Under the pieces are notes generated by a model. The model saw only the letters and a program-made list of their open reading frames with translations. It did no database searches and was not told where the DNA came from. 32,000 nucleotides of DNA from Candidatus Micrarchaeum sp. (GTDB lineage Archaea > Micrarchaeota > Micrarchaeia > Micrarchaeales > Micrarchaeaceae), in contig NZ_CP060530.1 of the NCBI RefSeq assembly GCF_016806735.1, forward strand, positions 330,001 to 362,000, in the 5' to 3' direction. The position numbers and the translations under genes are program-made. The first letter of the stretch is position 1. Each line of letters opens with the position of its first letter. Shown piece after piece: positions 16,723-23,675 of the stretch.

Positions 16723-18405
16723 TTATTCGTTTCTCCTTTGCTCCACTTCCTTCTTCATAGAATCTATGACTGCCTCCAGCGCAAGTCCGTTTTCCTGCTT
16801 TCCGCTGCGCATCCTAATCGACACGGTGTTCTTCTCCTGCTCCTTTGGCCCAACTATTACCATGTAAGGGGTGCGCGCCAGCTGTGCTTCGCGTATCTTC
16901 TTTTCCAGTTTCTTGTCCGATATGTCAATTTCCGCCCTTAGCTTCGATTCTTTTAGCCTCTTGTAAACGCTCTCAGCGTAGGCATTGCTTGATTCGGATA
17001 GGGATATCACACGCACCTGCACGGGAGAGAGCCACAGCGGCAGCTTGCCTCCATAGTGCTCAACCATTATCGCAGTGAACCTCTCTATGCTTCCCAGCAC
17101 TGCCCTGTGTATTATCACTGGGGTGTGCTCTTTTCCATCTTCTCCGGTATAAGTTATCCCGAACCTCATGGGCAGCTGGTAATCCACCTGTATGGTGGCG
17201 CACTGCCAGAGCCTTCCCTGCGAATCTTCTATGTCGAAGTCTATCTTCGGCCCGTAGAATGCGCCCTCCTTCTCCTTTACTTCGTATTCAAGGCTGTTCT
17301 TTTCGAGTGCGCTTCTTATGGCGTTCTGGGCATCCTCCCAAAGCGCTACGTCGCCAAGGTGCTCGTCTGGCATGGTCGAGAGTTTTGCGTGATACTTAAG
17401 CCCGAATACCCCGTAAACCTTTTTGACAAACTCAAGCATGGTGGATATTTCGCTGCCCACTTTTTCTTTGCTGACAAATATGTGGCCGTCATCCTGGGTA
17501 AGCTCCTGGACCCTGAAAAGCCCGCTAAGCGCTCCGCTTACCTCCCTTCTGTACAGCTTGTCGAATATCGCGGTCCTGAACGGCAGCTCCTTGTAGCTCC
17601 ATCTCCTCGACTTGTATATAAGTATCGTAGACGGGCAATTCATCGGCTTGAGCCCGAGCTCTTCGCCGTTTTCATCCACTATAAACATGTTTTCCCTATA
17701 ATAGTCTATGTGGCCGCTTACGTGCCACAGGGCCACGTTGGCCAATGCGGGGGTGCTTATCTCATTGTAGTCGTAAAGCGCCTCTATCTCGCGTATGAAA
17801 TTCTTTAGCTCCCTGTATATTATGAGCCCATGGGGGTGCCAGTAGACCATCGACGGAGAAACTTCCTGATAGCTGTATAGGTCCATCGATTCCCCTATGC
17901 TCCTGTGGTCTGCTTCAGGAAGCCCTACCCAGTCGCTCTTCTTGACTATCGAAAGATCAAGTTTCCTGCGCTTTTCTCCTTTGTGCTCTTCTCCTTTCAT
18001 GCCGTAATGCTTTGACTGTTCAGCCAGCGGATGCCCCTTTATCTCTATGCGCCATTTCTTGTTCCAGCCGAATGGGGCATAAACTCCTTCTACTCCAGAG
18101 CCGTCTATGATTGCTCGCATGTCTTTGAATATCTCCATTGCCTTTTTTGGCTCTTCAAGATTGTCTCCAAGGTGTGCGAACGGGTACAGCACCAGCTTTT
18201 CGAGCTTCTGCTTCTTGGCGAATGCCAGTGCATCTTCGATCGCTTTCTTTGCCACTTCGCTGTTGTCTCCCTTTTCTATGGTCGTAAGGAGCACCAGCGC
18301 ATTGTCTATGTGCGCCGACTTCTCATCGCTTTTCTCGTATTCCGACGCTTCTGGAGCTATCAGCTCGTAATCGATGCTTTTCACGTCTAGCTGTAATATT
18401 CTCAT
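16723..18405 (-). CDS. thrS: Threonyl-tRNA synthetase with archaea-specific N-terminal editing domain
   Basis: The N-terminus MRILQLDVKSIDYELI... fits the archaeal ThrRS editing (DTD-like) domain. Class II core motifs are present: HRSIGESMDLY, FRTAIFDKLYRREVSGALSGLFRVQELTQDDGHIF, GAFYGPKIDF, HRAVLGSIERF. A C-terminal anticodon-binding domain follows. Confidence 0.9.
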   Translation of the reverse strand: MRILQLDVKSIDYELIAPEASEYEKSDEKSAHIDNALVLLTTIEKGDNSEVAKKAIEDALAFAKKQKLEKLVLYPFAHLGDNLEEPKKAMEIFKDMRAIIDGSGVEGVYAPFGWNKKWRIEIKGHPLAEQSKHYGMKGEEHKGEKRRKLDLSIVKKSDWVGLPEADHRSIGESMDLYSYQEVSPSMVYWHPHGLIIYRELKNFIREIEALYDYNEISTPALANVALWHVSGHIDYYRENMFIVDENGEELGLKPMNCPSTILIYKSRRWSYKELPFRTAIFDKLYRREVSGALSGLFRVQELTQDDGHIFVSKEKVGSEISTMLEFVKKVYGVFGLKYHAKLSTMPDEHLGDVALWEDAQNAIRSALEKNSLEYEVKEKEGAFYGPKIDFDIEDSQGRLWQCATIQVDYQLPMRFGITYTGEDGKEHTPVIIHRAVLGSIERFTAIMVEHYGGKLPLWLSPVQVRVISLSESSNAYAESVYKRLKESKLRAEIDISDKKLEKKIREAQLARTPYMVIVGPKEQEKNTVSIRMRSGKQENGLALEAVIDSMKKEVEQRRNE

Positions 18406-18438
18406 TAAAACACCTTGAAATCGTGACGAGTCATATCC

Positions 18439-18468
18439 AGCGCAATAAAAACTGCGCTCTTATAAAAA
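18439..18468 (-). promoter_or_regulatory. Putative thrS promoter: TATA-like box followed by a 6-bp inverted repeat
   Basis: Minus strand reads TTTTTATAAG AGCGCA-GTTTTTAT-TGCGCT about 35-65 nt upstream of the thrS ATG (18405). The palindrome lies between the TATA box and the expected start site. Confidence 0.3.
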
Positions 18469-18604
18469 CCTGAAAAATCAGATGCATGCCAAATGCCTTC
18501 GGCTGGTCCTGCGATTATGCTGTTTGGAAATAACCACCGGCTACCATAGCACCAACTTACATCTCATTATGAAAAAATAACTTATTTAAGTTTTATGTAT
18601 AGCT

Positions 18605-19081
18605 TCACGAAGGCTGCATCTCCACGCACGGAACGAATCTGTCGCTGGGGCATGAATTATACGAAGTTACGTTTACCAGATAAGTCCCCTGGGAAGTGAG
18701 GCTTCCAAGATATCCCGTAACGTTGACCGGGCTATATGCCGTTACGTAGCTGGCTCCCGCTGTAGTACGCACTACGAACACGACTTCATGCCCTATTCCT
18801 CCGCTCTCGGTACCTACATATATATCTGCCACGTCCGGAGGAACCTGCAGCAATGTAAGCTGTTTTGCCGGGAATCCCTGTGCACCAACTACCGCTGCCA
18901 CGCTTGCCAGCTTGCTGGCAGCTTCCTGCGCCTCTGTTGTGGCTAGTGTGGAAGTGGATGTCGCTATCTGTATGAATGCAAGCACGACTATTGGAAGCAG
19001 TATGATGAGCCCAAAGGACAGCGTTATGAGCAGTTCTAGGCTCGATTGACCCTTCTTGCTTTTTCTGCGCTCCTTTCCCAT
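18605..19081 (-). CDS. Small secreted protein with class III (prepilin-like) signal peptide
   Basis: MGKERRKSKKGQSSLELLITLSFGLIILLPIVVLAFI: a basic stretch, the G-Q-S-S-L-E-L-L motif, then a hydrophobic helix, followed by a beta-rich, Thr/Ser-rich domain. The start ATG abuts the stop of the upstream gene (TAAATG). Confidence 0.65.
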   Translation of the reverse strand: MGKERRKSKKGQSSLELLITLSFGLIILLPIVVLAFIQIATSTSTLATTEAQEAASKLASVAAVVGAQGFPAKQLTLLQVPPDVADIYVGTESGGIGHEVVFVVRTTAGASYVTAYSPVNVTGYLGSLTSQGTYLVNVTSYNSCPSDRFVPCVEMQPS

Positions 19082-20215
19082 TTATACACTTTCTACTCTT
19101 TCGTACTTCTTCTTTTCTAATTTGTCCTTTTTCTTCTTTATCGCTTCCATCAGCGTTTCCAGAACCTTTGCAAACGTCCTGTCAAGCATGAAATCGGTAA
19201 GCCTGACTTCCACCATTCCGTACCTTTCTATGCTTGCCCTTGCGTTTATCTCATACCTGCTGTTCTTGAGCTTCTTAACATTTATGGCTATATAATTGAT
19301 ATTAACCTTTCTGAACTTTTCAACTTTTTCTATGAATGCGTTAGACTGCTCCTTTATTTCATATTCGTATTCGTAGGTATCCCTGTCTATTCCGGATATT
19401 ATTATCCTGTTCTCGAAGGTCTTGCGCTTCGCTATCAGCGCGGCAAGTACGTCAGATATCGTAAGTATGCCGGACGGCACACCGTTGCTCGTCACCACCA
19501 ATGAAGATATGGAGCGGTTCACGAAATTCCTGACGGCATTTCTGACATCGTCCTTTGCGTCTATGCTCACCGGAGACTTTTCCATTATGCTTTCTATGGT
19601 TATGTTCGAAGGGCTGTAACGCCTTGATTTCATGTCGGGATACCTTTCATCTATGACTGTCATCTTCGATATGAGATCGTGCCTTGTTATTAGCCCTGCA
19701 AGCTTTCCATTGTCCAGAACCAGAAGCCTGTTCACATTTCTGTCTGCCATGGCGCTGCTCGCCTGTGCTATGCTCGCCTTTGAGTCGATTCCGAGCGCGG
19801 GAGATGTCATTATATCGCTGCACTTCATGTCCTTGATCGAGTCGGTGGAAAGCAGCATCTTCATAAGCGTGAATCTGTCCAGAACCCCTACTACCTTGTC
19901 TTCGTCCAGATAAGGAAGCGCGTTTCTCCTGCTTCTGTAAAAATAAAATACTGCATCGTCCAATGATGTAGTGTGCATTATCTTAGGCACTTTAACGGCA
20001 TATTTTAGGACTGGAGTATTCTTGTTCATTTTCAGGCTTTTTGACTCCCTGTGCACGCTCCTGAAATCCACAATGCCATAGAATTCACCCTTGTTGTTTA
20101 TCAACACGGCAGGATTCTTGTGAACTGCTGGCAGAACCTTGGTCATTGCAGTATCTGCTTCGAAAATCGGCACCTGCGTAATTACGCTTTTTGGTATCCT
20201 GTCTAATGTCGCCAT
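19082..20215 (-). CDS. Four-CBS-domain (two Bateman modules) protein with C-terminal HPF/RaiA-like (S30AE-like) domain
   Basis: Four CBS repeats end in the hydrophobic-x-G-hydrophobic-hydrophobic-D/T pattern (FYGIVDFRSV, VVGVLDRFTL, LAGLITRHDL, PSGILTISDV). Residues 270-377 show a beta-alpha-beta-beta-beta-alpha pattern and a KKKKDKLEKKK tail (see findings). Confidence 0.75.
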   Translation of the reverse strand: MATLDRIPKSVITQVPIFEADTAMTKVLPAVHKNPAVLINNKGEFYGIVDFRSVHRESKSLKMNKNTPVLKYAVKVPKIMHTTSLDDAVFYFYRSRRNALPYLDEDKVVGVLDRFTLMKMLLSTDSIKDMKCSDIMTSPALGIDSKASIAQASSAMADRNVNRLLVLDNGKLAGLITRHDLISKMTVIDERYPDMKSRRYSPSNITIESIMEKSPVSIDAKDDVRNAVRNFVNRSISSLVVTSNGVPSGILTISDVLAALIAKRKTFENRIIISGIDRDTYEYEYEIKEQSNAFIEKVEKFRKVNINYIAINVKKLKNSRYEINARASIERYGMVEVRLTDFMLDRTFAKVLETLMEAIKKKKDKLEKKKYERVESV

Positions 20216-20312
20216 CTAAACACCATAAACATTATTAATTTGCTAAGGAAAGAATATTAAGCATAAGGTAGCAACCTTACCTGTGCTTTTGAAAAGGGGC
20301 GCGATATAAATT

Positions 20313-20396
20313 GCCAGGATGGCAGATAGGCTATGCAGCCGCCTGCAGAGCGGCGAAGACGGGTTCGAAACCTACGCGAAAATCCCGTTCCTGGCT
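20313..20396 (+). tRNA. tRNA-Cys (anticodon GCA) with a 13-nt intron in the T-loop (about 20370..20382)
   Basis: Acceptor GCCAGGA/TCCTGGC, D-stem GCAG/ATGC (13:22 mismatch), anticodon stem GCCGC/GCGGC with loop CTGCAGA, 4-nt variable region, T-stem ACGGG/CCCGT, discriminator T. The T-loop is interrupted by 13 nt. Removing them leaves TTCGAAT and a 71-nt tRNA. Confidence 0.75.
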
Positions 20397-20444
20397 TATC
20401 TATAACCTTGGGCAAATCGCGCTTCTTTCATTGCACACGCGAAT

Positions 20445-20891
20445 TCATATGTCTATCACGACACTCGACCTGTAGTGGCCTCCGATTTTTTTGACTTCTA
20501 GCGTATATCCGGAGACTCCTTTTACATATATCCTCGAATACTTTACCTCCTCGTCGACATATAAAATATTTGCAGAAACGCCGAATCTATCTCCCGATTT
20601 CGTTACCTTTATCTTCTCAACTCCATAGCCGTATGCACTAATTGCATCCAGTTCCGACAAGACCCTTTGCAGTATATACCAAAGCAGGTCCCTCTCGCTG
20701 CTAGCGCTTTCGCTTACTTCAATGGTTTTTGATACCAATTTTCCCGCCCTTACGTCCCTGCCTATGGCACGTATGTCGGCTTGCGTATCGAGCATTGCCA
20801 GCATTGAGTTCTCAAGCATTTGGGCTATGTCGTCGCCATATGCCAGGAACCTTACGTCTGCCGTGTGTGGCATAAACCTGTACCTTATCAT
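20445..20891 (-). CDS. Archease (RtcB tRNA-ligase cofactor family)
   Basis: From ATG at 20891: MIRYRFMPHTADVRFLAYGDDIAQMLENSMLAML... This has the archease N-terminal signature (f-x-x-x-HTAD-hydrophobic-x-hydrophobic-x-x-x-G). 148 aa is the typical size. The track's longer 205-aa version would overlap the divergent neighbour. Confidence 0.8.
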   Translation of the reverse strand: MIRYRFMPHTADVRFLAYGDDIAQMLENSMLAMLDTQADIRAIGRDVRAGKLVSKTIEVSESASSERDLLWYILQRVLSELDAISAYGYGVEKIKVTKSGDRFGVSANILYVDEEVKYSRIYVKGVSGYTLEVKKIGGHYRSSVVIDI

Positions 20892-21002
20892 AAAAGCGCC
20901 TGCGCAAGCTAAAAATTGCTGATAATTCAACGGAACGAAATTATTTAGTATGTGTTTGCCAAAAGCTATACGTCCTATGAAGAAAAGAGTAACTGCTGAA
21001 CA

Positions 21003-22622
21003 ATGATGAAGCCCATTTCGGCTGAGGACTTTTACGGTGTTTTGATGGCAATAAGCAGCCATAAAGTAAGTGCTCGTGTGGCAGCCACGGCAATACTATT
21101 TATAGCATTCCTGGTAGCAGCGTACAACTCAATCGCCGTTACCGGATTCTCGATATCGGATTCCAACCCTGCCGGGTACATAATAGTCCCGATGCTCATG
21201 ACGCTGGTATTCATAATATTCTCGCTGAAGGAGAATCTCGTCATCATCTACAGAAAACGAAACCTCGCATACGGGGCAATCCTGGCATTGATATACTTTG
21301 CAATATATGCCTATTCAAAAGTGTCCTTGTCTTTCCTCTTCCAGACCTACAGGATAGATGCGCTGCTCTTTCCCATACTGCTATCGTCATTTGCCCTCAT
21401 TCTCTTTGGTCCGTCGGGCCTAAACAAGCTCAAGCCTGCTGTTGTGTTCTCCATATTCGCATCTCCTTTGATACTGATGCCATTGCTTAACCTGTCGGGT
21501 GCGTGGACGAGCTTCAACGCATATTCCGTTGTCTCTGTATTGAAGCTTTTCGGCGTTCCGGTCCTTAGCCACGGCCTTGAAATAACCGGTGCATCTGGCT
21601 CGTCGATATCCATAGCTTCAACATGCGCAGACATCGCAGCCTTTGTGGCGATGCTGCTCTTTCTGATACCGATAGCATACCTTTATGAAGGGAATCCTGG
21701 CAAGAGGGCCATATGGGTCGCTTCAGGAATGGTTCTTCTCTTCGTGCTTAACATAATCAGGATGTCGCTCATAGCAGCAGTATGGGCTTATTATGGGCTC
21801 AGCTCTGCGCTAAACACTGTGCATCTTTTTATAGGCCAGCTGCTCTTCGACATAACCCTGGTCGTCATGATACTTCTGGCGCCAAAATTCTCAATGCGCC
21901 TGGGTGTGCAGAGAACGGGGCAAAAGTACAGTCGCAGCACAAATTCAGGGGCATCCAATGGCGCAATCTTTGACAAGTCGTTCGCGGTTCCCGCACTTTC
22001 CGTAATAATTGTCGCATTCCTGGTATTCGCATTCACCTTGCCACAGGCAAGCTATCAATACATTAGCCCATTCTCATTCGCGGATAATTTCTCATACGTT
22101 TCCAATTCGAGCGTTATATCATCTTACGATGCCGTCGCCCTGGGATCTGGGTACAGCATGAAATCAGTGACCTTCGGGGGCAGGTCAGAGCTTTTCGGCA
22201 TATTCAGCACAAATGACATAAATACTACTACCAACAGCTTCCTTTACATCAACTCCAGCGCGAGACCTACAATGCCACGCATAAACCTGCATCAGCTCGG
22301 CACAATACTTATGCACAGGGAGGAATCAACAATTTCTGGAATAACTATAAATGCTTATGAAATATCATCAAATGGCAAGCTTTTCCAGGTGAACTACATA
22401 TCAATGCCAAATAAAATCTATGGCAATTACACTGTCGCTAACATGGAATTCGTAACCCTAATGAATTCTACCTCGGATTTACAATCCTGCAGAACAGAAT
22501 ACGGTGCAATACAAAGCGTTTATTCGTACATATACAACGCACTGCACTTTAGCTTCGAAGGAAACAACTACGGAATATTCTGCGCGGCGTTCAACGAAGC
22601 CAAATTGGCGCAGCAGAGGTAA
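21003..22622 (+). CDS. Exosortase/archaeosortase-family membrane protein with extra TM and about 190-aa C-terminal extracytoplasmic domain
   Basis: About 8 TM helices. Family-like blocks: VLKLFGVPVLSHGLEITGASGSSISIASTCADIAAF (conserved Cys, residue 208), FVLNIIRMSLIA (N-x-x-R, Arg253), NTVHLFIGQLLF (His274). A further TM (ALSVIIVAFLVFAFTL) is followed by a sequon-rich soluble domain. Confidence 0.65.
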   Translation: MMKPISAEDFYGVLMAISSHKVSARVAATAILFIAFLVAAYNSIAVTGFSISDSNPAGYIIVPMLMTLVFIIFSLKENLVIIYRKRNLAYGAILALIYFAIYAYSKVSLSFLFQTYRIDALLFPILLSSFALILFGPSGLNKLKPAVVFSIFASPLILMPLLNLSGAWTSFNAYSVVSVLKLFGVPVLSHGLEITGASGSSISIASTCADIAAFVAMLLFLIPIAYLYEGNPGKRAIWVASGMVLLFVLNIIRMSLIAAVWAYYGLSSALNTVHLFIGQLLFDITLVVMILLAPKFSMRLGVQRTGQKYSRSTNSGASNGAIFDKSFAVPALSVIIVAFLVFAFTLPQASYQYISPFSFADNFSYVSNSSVISSYDAVALGSGYSMKSVTFGGRSELFGIFSTNDINTTTNSFLYINSSARPTMPRINLHQLGTILMHREESTISGITINAYEISSNGKLFQVNYISMPNKIYGNYTVANMEFVTLMNSTSDLQSCRTEYGAIQSVYSYIYNALHFSFEGNNYGIFCAAFNEAKLAQQR

Positions 22623-22626
22623 TGCA

Positions 22627-23634
22627 ATGCACATAGAATACAGCTCCGGATTCATAATATACCGTGAAAATACATCCGGAAAGCAGGAGTTCCTTTTCCT
22701 CAGGAAGAAAAATGGCGACATAGACATACCTAAGGGCCATATAGAAAAGGGCGAAAATGCCCTCCGCGCAGCAATACGCGAAACCAAGGAGGAAACTAAT
22801 CTGAGCGTAAAGCCCGACAAATTCTTTAACATAAGAAGGTACTACTGGTTCAGGTTCGGAAAGGAAACGATCAAAAAATACCTGACAGTTTTTCTTTCGG
22901 AATATGTAGGCGGAGAGGTAAAGGTGTCAAGCGAGCACGAAGGCTACGAATGGATAGAACCAGCAAAGGCCGTAGCGGAATATTCCAAAAAGCACTATAA
23001 CCATGACCATATAGACGCTGCGGTAGACTATCTTGAGAAGCGCCGCCTGCTTCAAGAGCTGAACGGTGCGTATTCAAGGCTGCCCGATACGTTCGGCAGA
23101 TGGGAATTGAGCAGAAAGTTCGTTCCAGGCGAAGGCCCTGCTAATGCAGAAATAATGGTAATAGGCCAGGCTCCAGGGGCAAACGAAGACGATTCCGGGA
23201 GGCCTTTCGTAGGAAGAGCGGGAAAGCTTCTGGATTCGCTTCTTAAAAGCGCAGGCATACTCCGCAAAAAGGCCTACATAACCAGTGTAGTGCAGTTCTT
23301 CCCCTATGGCAACCGCATGCCTACTGAAGAAGAAATTGAAGCATGCAAGCCCTTTCTGTTCAACCAGATATCGATAATAAGGCCAAAGCTCGTTATAGCG
23401 CTCGGATCGCTTGCATCCGCTACGGTGTGTGGCATAGGGGCGATAAAGTCAAACCATGGTACGGTAATCAAGAAGGACGGCGTCAACTACTTCTGTACTC
23501 TGCACCCTGCAGCGGCAGTGCGCATAAAGAGCAACATGCCCATAATAAAGGAAGATTTCCTGAAACTTAAGCCCCTGGCTAAGGAAGCGCTTTCAGCCAA
23601 AAAAGAAAAGGTTAATAAAAACCCGGCAAGTTAG
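22627..23634 (+). CDS. Fusion protein: N-terminal Nudix hydrolase (Ap4A-hydrolase-like) plus C-terminal family-4-like uracil-DNA glycosylase domain
   Basis: Nudix box GHIEKGENALRAAIRETKEETNL (residues 37-59). UDG-superfamily motifs GEGPANAEIMVIGQAPGANEDDSGRPFVGRAGKLL and LHPAAAV. ATG at 22627 lies 4 nt after the archaeosortase stop. The track's longer version overlaps the upstream gene. Confidence 0.8.
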   Translation: MHIEYSSGFIIYRENTSGKQEFLFLRKKNGDIDIPKGHIEKGENALRAAIRETKEETNLSVKPDKFFNIRRYYWFRFGKETIKKYLTVFLSEYVGGEVKVSSEHEGYEWIEPAKAVAEYSKKHYNHDHIDAAVDYLEKRRLLQELNGAYSRLPDTFGRWELSRKFVPGEGPANAEIMVIGQAPGANEDDSGRPFVGRAGKLLDSLLKSAGILRKKAYITSVVQFFPYGNRMPTEEEIEACKPFLFNQISIIRPKLVIALGSLASATVCGIGAIKSNHGTVIKKDGVNYFCTLHPAAAVRIKSNMPIIKEDFLKLKPLAKEALSAKKEKVNKNPAS

Positions 23635-23646
23635 AAATAGGGGGTA

Positions 23647-23671
23647 GAGCCTGCTGTAGGAAAGCAGGCTC
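23647..23671. terminator. Perfect 9-bp hairpin between convergent genes
   Basis: GAGCCTGCT-GTAGGAA-AGCAGGCTC lies in the 41-nt gap between the Nudix-UDG stop (23634) and the wHTH gene stop (23676). There is no long T-run, so a terminator role is tentative. Confidence 0.3.
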
Positions 23672-23675
23672 CGCT

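Noticed and set aside
18420-18475. Candidate C/D box sRNA (GTGACGA ... CTGA) in the thrS upstream spacer. A GTGATGA at 26932..26938 was also considered.
   Set aside because: The box spacing does not give C-D'-C'-D geometry, no internal D'/C' boxes are present, and no terminal stem or k-turn context is visible. The second site lies across the glyS stop codon with no downstream CTGA.
20301-20312. gatataaatt immediately 5' of tRNA-Cys as its TATA box
   Set aside because: It abuts the mature 5' end, so it is too close to serve as a promoter element about 25 nt upstream of a start site. A more distal A/T-rich box near 20250 is more plausible, but I cannot support either.
20892-21062. N-terminal extension of archease (205-aa version in the track)
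   Set aside because: The extension precedes the conserved archease N-terminus (HTAD motif about 9 residues from the internal Met). It would also overlap the divergent archaeosortase-like gene.
22504-22626. N-terminal extension of the Nudix-UDG ORF (376-aa version)
   Set aside because: It overlaps the 3' end of the archaeosortase-like gene by 119 nt. The Nudix fold begins right at the internal ATG (22627), 4 nt after the upstream stop.
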